The notes under the pieces: model-generated | What the model saw: only the letters and a program-made list of their open reading frames with translations | What the model was told of the DNA's origin: nothing | Database searches by the model: none | Shown: one piece after another, positions 19,825 through 26,943 of the stretch | Position numbering within the stretch: the first letter of the stretch is position 1 | How the letters are laid out: every line of letters starts with the position of its first letter | Origin: Bacteroidales bacterium | GTDB lineage: Bacteria; Bacteroidota; Bacteroidia; Bacteroidales; VadinHA17 | Direction: 5' to 3' | DNA length: 64,000 bases | Assembly (NCBI GenBank): GCA_035297425.1 | Contig: DATGYZ010000034.1 | Location: forward strand, 5,273-69,272 | Position numbers and translations under genes: made by a program

Positions 19825-20223
19825 ATGAAAAATCAATTTATCATCGAGAAAGCCAGCAGGCTGGGATTTGAAGAAACAGTAGAATCTCTGAAGAATGCAG
19901 CAGAAAAGGATGGATGGAGCGTACCTGCTGTTCACGACCTGCAGCAATCCATCGCAAAGTCAGGTAAGCACGTTAAACCTGTTAAAGTCATTGAGATCTG
20001 CAAACCAGAGTATTCCGGGAAAATGCTGGAATTAAATGATGAAAGGATAATTTCTGTCATGATGCCATGCAGGATATCAGTATATCAGAAAGATGACGGG
20101 CATACATATGTTTCGCTACTGGATGGAGGTGCTTTATCAGGAAATCTTCCGCCACAGATAAGTCAAATTATGAAAACTGCATCTGATGACACTTTCAGGC
20201 TTGTTGCCCTGGTAGAGAAATAG
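19825..20223 (+). CDS. DUF302 domain protein
   Basis: 132 aa. Size and pattern (..FEETV..L......GW.V....DL........V.V.E.C.P..) recalled as DUF302. Confidence 0.7.
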   Translation: MKNQFIIEKASRLGFEETVESLKNAAEKDGWSVPAVHDLQQSIAKSGKHVKPVKVIEICKPEYSGKMLELNDERIISVMMPCRISVYQKDDGHTYVSLLDGGALSGNLPPQISQIMKTASDDTFRLVALVEK

Positions 20224-20224
20224 T

Positions 20225-20671
20225 CTAATGAGTAAACCGTGATGCAAGTATTTTTCGTATTGGAGTAGACTCTCCTTCATCAATAGAAACAATATTCTCA
20301 AGTGCATGCCTGATCCTTGTCTTGAAATTCCAGCAGGTCATCTGTCTCAGGGACAATCTTCTTGCATACTCATATGTTGAAAGGTCCTCTTTCCCTTTGC
20401 ATACATTATAAGCAATATAAAAAGCCTTGCTTACAGGAAACTTACAATTATGAAATATAGTTCCTGCTGCTGCTGACTCCTCTGATTTGCATTTTGTGCA
20501 TCTTCTTGAATGAGGGCTTTTACCCTGGCACCAGTTTGTATTTCCACATTTTCTGCAAACAAAGCCATTCTCCCATTTCACCCCGGCAAGGAATTCATAA
20601 CATTTTTCATCGCTGCTGAATAATTCCTCAAGCTGTTCCTCAGTAAGTTCATTTTTGAATATTCTACCCAT
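20225..20671 (-). CDS. IS1595-type transposase N-terminal zinc-ribbon protein lacking a DDE domain
   Basis: 149 aa from ATG 20671. CRKCGN...RRCTKCKSEESAAAGTIFHNCKFP is the Zn_Tnp_IS1595-type ribbon. No catalytic domain follows. The track N-terminal extension (to 20860) is low-complexity. Confidence 0.6.
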   Translation of the reverse strand: MGRIFKNELTEEQLEELFSSDEKCYEFLAGVKWENGFVCRKCGNTNWCQGKSPHSRRCTKCKSEESAAAGTIFHNCKFPVSKAFYIAYNVCKGKEDLSTYEYARRLSLRQMTCWNFKTRIRHALENIVSIDEGESTPIRKILASRFTH

Positions 20672-20710
20672 CTGTTCCAGATAAATGTTTTGCAAAGTTA
20701 ATAAATTTTG

Positions 20711-20750
20711 AGTGATATTAAAAAGATTTAGGTGATAGTATTGTGATTTA
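20711..20750 (+). promoter_or_regulatory. tandem 20-nt direct repeats rGTGATAkTAnnnnGATTTA (copies A1, A2)
   Basis: AGTGATATTAAAAAGATTTA (20711-20730) and GGTGATAGTATTGTGATTTA (20731-20750). The same motif occurs twice again at 23680-23722. Confidence 0.6.
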
Positions 20751-20761
20751 AAAATATTTGT

Positions 20762-20769
20762 TATTTTTG
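20762..20769 (+). promoter_or_regulatory. -7 box TAttTTTG within conserved TTATyTTTGCATCGTT
   Basis: Exact TAnnTTTG. The surrounding 16 nt are shared with 23735-23751. Confidence 0.45.
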
Positions 20770-20796
20770 CATCGTTGTATGTATATATGTAGATAT

Positions 20797-21042
20797 ATGA
20801 ATAATGATTGTGAAGTAAAACCAAAGCCAGGAAATGTAAAGGAGTTTTTCGGATCAGCATATTTCTGGAAACCCTTTCTCAGCCTTGTAATAGGAGGATT
20901 AGCAGGATTTCTTTATTTTTACTTTGTCGGATGCAAAAGCGGTGCATGTGCAATTACCAGCAATCCGTTAAGCAGTGTAATAACCGGAAGTATACTTGGG
21001 TTCCTGGTTACAAGTTCACCATGTAATAAATGCAAACCCTGA
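20797..21042 (+). CDS. small Cys-containing 2-TM membrane protein (possibly DUF6132-like)
   Basis: 81 aa from ATG 20797. Two hydrophobic helices flank GCKSGACAITSNP. C-terminal SPCNKCKP. Confidence 0.55.
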   Translation: MNNDCEVKPKPGNVKEFFGSAYFWKPFLSLVIGGLAGFLYFYFVGCKSGACAITSNPLSSVITGSILGFLVTSSPCNKCKP

Positions 21043-21045
21043 GAG

Positions 21046-21669
21046 ATGCAGTATAAGGAAATTGACAGACGATATTCAGAGCTTGCCGAAGAAAAGTGCT
21101 GCCTTTCATGTGGCGGTGCAATGAATCATACTAATGTTTCGGGAGGCGAGACATGCGTTGATCTTGGCAGCGGGCGTGGCACTGATGTAATCAGGCTTGC
21201 AGAGAAAACCGGCCCTTCCGGTTTTGTTTACGGGATAGACATTTCGGAGGGGATGATAAGGAAATCCATTGATACAGCCCAAAGACTTGGAATGAGCAAT
21301 GTGAAGTTCATTCACTGCGCTCTGGAAAAGTTAGTTTTAACTGAACAATCCGTCGATCTAGTTATCTCGAATTGCACAATTAATCATTCTCTTGACAAAC
21401 AGTCTGTCTGGAATGAGGTTTACCGTATACTGAAAACAGGAGGACGATTTGTAATCAGTGATATATACTCAAGGGATCCGGTACCGGAGGAATATAGTAA
21501 TGATCCTGTTGCAATAGCCGAGTGCTGGGCAGGATCAGTAACCAGGGATGTCTACTTAAAGCAACTTAAGAAAGCCGGATTCAGGGATGTTAAAATCATC
21601 GAAGAGTCAGATTTCTATGAGAAAGGTAAAATTTCTGTTGCAAGCTGGACACTAAAAGGTTACAAATAG
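21046..21669 (+). CDS. class I SAM-dependent methyltransferase, ArsM-like short paralogue
   Basis: 207 aa. N-terminal CCLSCGG, SAM motif CVDLGSGRGTD, VISNCTINH, GGRFVISD. These align with arsM at 18460-19236, but the YAGCVxGA Cys is replaced (ECWAGSVT). Confidence 0.8.
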   Translation: MQYKEIDRRYSELAEEKCCLSCGGAMNHTNVSGGETCVDLGSGRGTDVIRLAEKTGPSGFVYGIDISEGMIRKSIDTAQRLGMSNVKFIHCALEKLVLTEQSVDLVISNCTINHSLDKQSVWNEVYRILKTGGRFVISDIYSRDPVPEEYSNDPVAIAECWAGSVTRDVYLKQLKKAGFRDVKIIEESDFYEKGKISVASWTLKGYK

Positions 21670-21689
21670 AATTTTAAAAATTAATAAAA

Positions 21690-22160
21690 ATGAAAATAAA
21701 TACATTGATCATATTAGGTACGATGATGTTCCTAATGACATCGGCACGTGCAATTGTACCGGAAGGAGCTAAACCAGAATCCATTTCCGCTTCTTCAACT
21801 ACAGCAATCATTCATCTTAATGACGCCATGTTTAAGGAAATGGTATTCGATTATGAAAAAAATGACAAATGGAAATATGAAGGGAATAAGCCTGCAATCA
21901 TAGACTTCTATGCAGACTGGTGTGCTCCATGCCGACAGCTGGCACCTGTGATTGAAGATATTTCAAAAGAATATTCAGGAAAGATCGTCGTCTATAAGGT
22001 AGACACTGAGAAAGAAAAGAAACTTGCCCAGAAAATTGGTATAACTGCATTGCCAACTCTTATCTTCATTCCTGTCAACGGACAACCCCAGGTAGTTATG
22101 GGAGCCGTTCCCAAATCCTCACTGGTTAAAGCAATTAATGATGTTCTGAAAGTCAAATAG
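21690..22160 (+). CDS. exported thioredoxin
   Basis: 156 aa. Signal peptide MKINTLIILGTMMFLMTSARA, then a Trx fold with WCAPC. Confidence 0.9.
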   Translation: MKINTLIILGTMMFLMTSARAIVPEGAKPESISASSTTAIIHLNDAMFKEMVFDYEKNDKWKYEGNKPAIIDFYADWCAPCRQLAPVIEDISKEYSGKIVVYKVDTEKEKKLAQKIGITALPTLIFIPVNGQPQVVMGAVPKSSLVKAINDVLKVK

Positions 22161-22192
22161 AAGATTTTTTGTACCTTTAAATAAAAACAACA

Positions 22193-22291
22193 ATGAAGAG
22201 TGTGATCAGAAAAAAAGAGAATGCAAAAGCAACAAAGACTGCCCAGTGTTGTGCTAAAACTTCAAAAACAGTAGCAGGCTGTCACGATTAA
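22193..22291 (+). CDS. unannotated 32-aa peptide MKSVIRKKENAKATKTAQCCAKTSKTVAGCHD (candidate RiPP precursor)
   Basis: ATG..TAA read by hand. Too short for the ORF track. A-rich leader (taaataaaaacaacaATG), 32 nt after the trx stop and 64 nt before the radical SAM gene, on the same strand. Confidence 0.45.
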   Translation: MKSVIRKKENAKATKTAQCCAKTSKTVAGCHD

Positions 22292-22313
22292 GAACTGTAA
22301 GCATTCCTAAAAA

Positions 22314-22342
22314 AGCGAAGTCGATGAGGCTTCGCTTTTTTT
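22314..22342 (+). terminator. hairpin plus T-run between peptide gene and radical SAM gene (partial terminator/attenuator)
   Basis: Stem AGCGAAG/CTTCGCT, 9-nt loop, T7 run. Located inside an otherwise tightly packed same-strand operon. Confidence 0.6.
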
Positions 22343-22355
22343 AAAAATTATTCCA

Positions 22356-23681
22356 ATGGCAAAATATTCAAAATACAATATCATTTCACAGATCAGGAAT
22401 TCAGCAAATTATTTCATTGTCAACCTGCTGTCAGGAAATGCCGATATTCTTGATAAGGAAGAAGCTGAAAAAATATTATCCATCAAAAATGGCGGTTCAG
22501 CTGATGATGAATTCATTGAGGAACTCACTGCAAAAGGCTATCTTACTGATGAAAAAGAAGAAAAGAAAAAATTTCTTCAGAAATATTTGTCATTTCTTGA
22601 TTCCAGAGAATCAGATGAAGTACAATTATTTTTCATAACAAATTATTCATGCAACTTCGCCTGCAGTTATTGCTACCAGGATCAGTATACAAATGCATAC
22701 AATGAGCTTACAAAAGAAGTAATTGATTCGTTTTACAATCATATCAGGACAGAATTTGCCGGAAGAAAAAAGTATGTCACAATATTCGGAGGTGAACCTC
22801 TGCTGCCTGGCAGCAAACAAAAGGATAACATTAGTTATCTTCTGGAAAAAGCTGCTTCAAACGGTTTGAGGGTCTGTATTGTCACAAACGGATACACACT
22901 CAAAGAATACTCTTCGATGTTCTCCCCTGAATTGATCCGGGAAATACAGGTTACTCTTGATGGTACAAAAGAAATGCATGATAGCAGAAGGTATCTCAAA
23001 GGAGGGGGCGCAACTTTTGACAAAATTGTTGAAGGCATAGATTCCTGTCTGGAAAAAGGGTTACCTGTAAATCTCAGGATTGTTGCAGATCGTGAGAATA
23101 TTGGTAATATCCCTGAACTTGCATCTTTTGCTATTGAGAAAGGATGGACTGCCAATCCGTTATTTAAAACACAGATCGGAAGAAACTACGAACTCCATCA
23201 TTGCCAGTCTTCTTCCGGGAAATTGTTCGACAGGATTTCCCTGTATGAAAAACTTTCGGAAATCACGAAATCGAATCCACATGTTCTGCAGTTTCATAAA
23301 CCTGCTTATTCTATAACCAGGTACCTTGCAGAAAACGGCAATCTCCCCGAGCCATTATTCGATTCGTGCCCGGCATGCAAAACTGAATGGGCGTATGATT
23401 ACACAGGCAGAATATACCCGTGCACTGCAACAGTTGGGAAAGAGGGCGAGAACCTGGGTACCTATTTTCCGGAACACAGGCTCAACGAATCCAATGCAGA
23501 AGAGTGGAGTTCAAGAGATGTAACAACAATAAAAGAATGTACTGAGTGCAACCTGCAGCTGGCGTGTGGCGGAGGTTGTGGTTCAGTTGCCAGGAACCAT
23601 TCAGGCAAGATCTGTTCACCAGATTGCAGGCCGGTTAAGGAGCTAATGGAGCTGGGGTTTTCAGCCTACCTGGGACAATAG
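22356..23681 (+). CDS. radical SAM/SPASM domain enzyme with ~95-aa N-terminal extension
   Basis: 441 aa. CNFACSYC (CX3CX2C, residues 99-106). Complete SPASM signature: CKTEWAYDYTGRIYPC (CX9GX4C), then CTECNLQLACGGGC (CX2CX5CX3C) plus a downstream Cys. Confidence 0.9.
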   Translation: MAKYSKYNIISQIRNSANYFIVNLLSGNADILDKEEAEKILSIKNGGSADDEFIEELTAKGYLTDEKEEKKKFLQKYLSFLDSRESDEVQLFFITNYSCNFACSYCYQDQYTNAYNELTKEVIDSFYNHIRTEFAGRKKYVTIFGGEPLLPGSKQKDNISYLLEKAASNGLRVCIVTNGYTLKEYSSMFSPELIREIQVTLDGTKEMHDSRRYLKGGGATFDKIVEGIDSCLEKGLPVNLRIVADRENIGNIPELASFAIEKGWTANPLFKTQIGRNYELHHCQSSSGKLFDRISLYEKLSEITKSNPHVLQFHKPAYSITRYLAENGNLPEPLFDSCPACKTEWAYDYTGRIYPCTATVGKEGENLGTYFPEHRLNESNAEEWSSRDVTTIKECTECNLQLACGGGCGSVARNHSGKICSPDCRPVKELMELGFSAYLGQ

Positions 23682-23722
23682 TGATATTATTACGATTTAT
23701 TTAGTGATATTATAGCGATTTA
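23680..23722 (+). promoter_or_regulatory. tandem direct repeats rGTGATAkTAnnnnGATTTA (copies B1, B2)
   Basis: AGTGATATTATTACGATTTA (23680-23699) and AGTGATATTATAGCGATTTA (23703-23722). B1 overlaps the radical SAM stop codon by 2 nt. Confidence 0.6.
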
Positions 23723-23736
23723 TTAAAAATTTTGAT

Positions 23737-23744
23737 TATCTTTG
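23737..23744 (+). promoter_or_regulatory. -7 box TAtcTTTG within conserved TTATyTTTGCATCGTT
   Basis: Exact TAnnTTTG 42 nt upstream of the trx ATG 23786. Confidence 0.45.
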
Positions 23745-23785
23745 CATCGTTTTAACAAACAGAAACTTAATCAATTTAATTCGAT

Positions 23786-24157
23786 ATGGAAACAACAGAC
23801 CAGGTAGTTCACCTTACAACACAGGAATTTAAGGAAAAAGTATTCAACTATGAGAATTCAAAGGAATGGAAATATGAAGGTTCTCTTCCTGCAATAATTG
23901 ATTTCTATGCAGACTGGTGTGGTCCATGCAAAATGGTGGCTCCAATTCTTGAGGAACTGGCTAAGGAATATTCAGGAAAGATCATGGTATACAAGGTTGA
24001 TACTGAAAATGAACAGGAACTTGCAGCCGTCTTCGGAATCCAGAGCATACCAACTCTTCTTTTTATTCCGAAAGATGGCCAGCCACAGGCTGCAATGGGA
24101 GCACTTCCCAAGCAAACCTTCGAAAAGGTAATAAAAGATGTCCTGCTAAATAACTGA
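23786..24157 (+). CDS. thioredoxin (cytoplasmic)
   Basis: 123 aa, WCGPC. Clear paralogue of the Trx domain at 21690-22160 (AIIDFYADWC.PC...YSGKI.VYKVDTE...PTL.FIP..GQPQ). Confidence 0.9.
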   Translation: METTDQVVHLTTQEFKEKVFNYENSKEWKYEGSLPAIIDFYADWCGPCKMVAPILEELAKEYSGKIMVYKVDTENEQELAAVFGIQSIPTLLFIPKDGQPQAAMGALPKQTFEKVIKDVLLNN

Positions 24158-24173
24158 TACCTGAAATCCAAAT

Positions 24174-25439
24174 ATGAAAGAGATCAATTCAGAGGAATTC
24201 CGGAGTGAGGTCCTGGAATCCGGAAAGGTTGTACTGGATTTTTATTCCACAGAATGTCCGCCATGCGAAGCCCTTGCATCAAAATTTGAGCATCTAGCCG
24301 GCTTATACGGTAACGATATTAAATTTTATAAAATATTCAGACAGGGTAATCGTCAGCTTGCTGATGAACTTGGAGTTAAATCATCACCTACCCTATTGTT
24401 CTTCGAGAATGGAAAAGAGGTTCATAACAGACTCACAGGAGCGATCAGGAAGAAGGATATTATATCTAACCTTGAAAAAATGATCAGGCCGGAAAGGGCT
24501 GCCGAAATCAGGAATCTTATCAAACCTGCCGTGTCAGAATATGATGTCATTGTGCTTGGCGGAGGTCCCGGGGGTCTGACTGCCGGACTTTACCTGTGCC
24601 AGTCGAAAATAAATACTGTACTTGTTGATACAGGATTGCCCGGCGGACAGGTTTCAACAACACACGAAGTCTCAAACTACCCCGGGTTTATACAGCCACA
24701 GGCCGGTTATATGCTATCGCACAATATGAGCGAACAGACAAAACAGTGTGGCACAGTTTACAAGGTCGCAGTAGATATAACTAAGGTTGATCTTCATAAA
24801 AAAGAGGTTATAATTGATGAATTCGAAACAATAAAAGCGAGGAAGATTGTAATAGCAACCGGGACAAAACCAAACTCTACCGGGTCAAGCGGAGAAAAAG
24901 AATTAAGAGGAAAAGGCATTTCGTACTGTGCAACATGCGATGCCAAATATTTTGACAACAAAGAGGTGGTTGTAATCGGAGGTGGCAATTCTGCCGTAGA
25001 AGAATCGGATCTGATCAGCCGCTTTGCAAGCAAATTAACAATCGTTCAGCAACTTGATTCATTTACAGCTAACAGGAAGGCAGTGGATAAACTCCTTACA
25101 AATGAAAAAGTAACTGCAGTATACAATTCCGAGCCAAGATCATTCAGGAGAGAAAACGACAAAATTTTTACAGAGGTTGAAAATGTCAGGACAGGTGAAC
25201 GAACCACGCTCATCAGCGACGGCGTTTTTATTTTCATAGGAATGAAGCCAAATATTGATCTTTTCAATAATGGCCTTGAACTTGACAAATGGGGATATAT
25301 TGTCACGAATGAGGACAGGCAGACAAATATTCCGGGTGTTTATGCAGTTGGCGATGTTATAAGCAAAAAATACAGGCAGATCACCACAGCAGTTTCAGAC
25401 GGAACCATAGCCGCAATGGCAATTGCGAAGGAATTATGA
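24174..25439 (+). CDS. thioredoxin-domain / thioredoxin-disulfide reductase fusion
   Basis: 421 aa. N-terminal Trx fold with CPPC, then GGGPGGLTAG (FAD), CATCDA redox centre and GGGNSAVEE (NADPH). Confidence 0.85.
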   Translation: MKEINSEEFRSEVLESGKVVLDFYSTECPPCEALASKFEHLAGLYGNDIKFYKIFRQGNRQLADELGVKSSPTLLFFENGKEVHNRLTGAIRKKDIISNLEKMIRPERAAEIRNLIKPAVSEYDVIVLGGGPGGLTAGLYLCQSKINTVLVDTGLPGGQVSTTHEVSNYPGFIQPQAGYMLSHNMSEQTKQCGTVYKVAVDITKVDLHKKEVIIDEFETIKARKIVIATGTKPNSTGSSGEKELRGKGISYCATCDAKYFDNKEVVVIGGGNSAVEESDLISRFASKLTIVQQLDSFTANRKAVDKLLTNEKVTAVYNSEPRSFRRENDKIFTEVENVRTGERTTLISDGVFIFIGMKPNIDLFNNGLELDKWGYIVTNEDRQTNIPGVYAVGDVISKKYRQITTAVSDGTIAAMAIAKEL

Positions 25440-25463
25440 TAATACGAACTTAAAACTTAAAAG

Positions 25464-25676
25464 ATGAAAATGAACATGGCTTCTGCAGACAGGGCGATCA
25501 GAATACTGATTGCTGTTGTCATCGGGATTCTGTACTTTACGAATGTAATAAACGGAACCCTTGCGATAGTACTATTGATACTATCAGGCATCTTCATCAT
25601 TACTGGCTTTGTTGGCTTTTGTCCTCTTTATGCCTTGGTTGGCATGAGTACGAGGAAAACTGAAACTCAAAAGTGA
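25464..25676 (+). CDS. DUF2892 (YgaP-like) small membrane protein
   Basis: 70 aa. ADRAIRILIAV ... GFVGFCPLYALVGMST pattern. Confidence 0.7.
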   Translation: MKMNMASADRAIRILIAVVIGILYFTNVINGTLAIVLLILSGIFIITGFVGFCPLYALVGMSTRKTETQK

Positions 25677-25678
25677 AT

Positions 25679-25707
25679 AAAAAACCCGGTCACAAACCGG
25701 GTTTTTT
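25679..25707. terminator. bidirectional intrinsic terminator
   Basis: Stem AACCCGG/CCGGGTT, 7-nt loop, A-run 5' and T6 run 3'. Lies between convergent genes. Confidence 0.8.
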
Positions 25708-25708
25708 A

Positions 25709-26209
25709 TTACCTGCCCCTTGACAGCATCAGGTCGATATCTTCCTTGAGAGCAGAAAGATCCTCTTCGTGTTCAACTTCCTGTGAAAGGATTGTAAGAA
25801 ACATGTTATATGAAACAGGATCGGTTTCCCTGGTAATATTAAGGAGATCATTATAAACCCTTATTGCACATTGTTCGCCTTTAATGTTCTGATCCAGTAT
25901 TTTTTCCACATAGGGATCTTCGGGTTTTTCATATCCGCAATTGGAGATTTTGGTCCATTCATCGGGTGAGAGGACAGGTGTTCCCCCAAGCTGGATAATA
26001 CGTGCTGCAATAAGCTCTGCATGGCTCAGTTCTTCAGTTGCATGAAGTGTCAGTTCGGAAATAACAGCATCCTTCATTGGCCCTTTGACAACCTTTGCCC
26101 CAGTCCAGTATTGATAATATGCAAGCCATTCATCAGCAAGAGCTTTGTTCAATAAAACAAGAAGTTCATCAACGTTCATCCGGACTATTTCCTTACCTTT
26201 CTGTCCCAT
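25709..26209 (-). CDS. ferritin-like protein (Dps/DPSL-type)
   Basis: 166 aa from ATG 26209. LNKALADEWLAYYQYW ... ELSHAELIA ... LSQEVEHEEDL di-iron four-helix motifs. Confidence 0.7.
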   Translation of the reverse strand: MGQKGKEIVRMNVDELLVLLNKALADEWLAYYQYWTGAKVVKGPMKDAVISELTLHATEELSHAELIAARIIQLGGTPVLSPDEWTKISNCGYEKPEDPYVEKILDQNIKGEQCAIRVYNDLLNITRETDPVSYNMFLTILSQEVEHEEDLSALKEDIDLMLSRGR

Positions 26210-26251
26210 AGTTAATAATTTTATTGTATTACCAAATTTAGTCAATTTTAA

Positions 26252-26884
26252 TTGATTCTTTACGTGATGATGAACGTTAAAAACAAAAGGCACTGGTATG
26301 ACGGATGGATCTATGACAGGCTGCTTGCCCCAAATCAAAAGGAATCTTTTAACAGGATCGCAAACCTCATATCCGAAGGAGCTTCTGTATTGGATATTGG
26401 TTGCGGTACCGGCAGATTAACATACAGACTTGCAGGTAAGTGCCGCAGCCTTACTGGTATTGATTTATCGTATATCAATATAGCAACTGCACTTACCAAC
26501 CTCGAAGACAGCTTTACTGACAAGATCAGGTTTCTTCATTGCAGTCTTGATGATTTTGCTTTCAATAATAAGGACCATTTTGACTTTGCAATCTTTTCTT
26601 ATGTTCTCCATGAAGTGAGCATTGATGAACGGGTGCACCTGTTGAGAAATGCCTCCAAAATTTCTGACCGGATAGTAGTTGCCGACCATATACCTGAAAC
26701 AAAATTATTTGCAGGCATTATCCGCGAGATACTTGAATTCTTTGCCGGCAGGGACCATTATCTGAGCTATAGAAGCTATATTAACAATGGAGGGATACGA
26801 AAGCTCGCAGAAACTGCAGGACTTAAGATGACTCGCGAAGAAATCTTCAGATCTCATCTCCATATTGCAGTTCTGGAGAAGTGA
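26252..26884 (+). CDS. class I SAM-dependent methyltransferase
   Basis: 210 aa. VLDIGCGTGRLT motif I. The start may be 26267/26270. Confidence 0.75.
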   Translation: MILYVMMNVKNKRHWYDGWIYDRLLAPNQKESFNRIANLISEGASVLDIGCGTGRLTYRLAGKCRSLTGIDLSYINIATALTNLEDSFTDKIRFLHCSLDDFAFNNKDHFDFAIFSYVLHEVSIDERVHLLRNASKISDRIVVADHIPETKLFAGIIREILEFFAGRDHYLSYRSYINNGGIRKLAETAGLKMTREEIFRSHLHIAVLEK

Positions 26885-26943
26885 TAATAAAAATTTCATT
26901 TTCAAATTTTAATAACTTTATCCCGTTATAAATAAAAAACCCG

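Noticed and set aside
26210-26338. 43-aa N-terminal extension of the ferritin-like ORF. Similar extensions occur at 20672-20860, 62747-62854, 59202-59249, 34909-34938, 11480-11557 and 8607-8654.
   Set aside because: The extensions are low-complexity, run into divergent genes or promoters, and precede an internal Met that gives a canonical family N-terminus or signal peptide.
16829-26900. A genomic island integrated at tRNA-Arg.
   Set aside because: The block's content looks accessory. However, I found no integrase, no direct repeat of the tRNA 3' end and no mobility genes other than a transposase remnant. Comparative genomics is needed.
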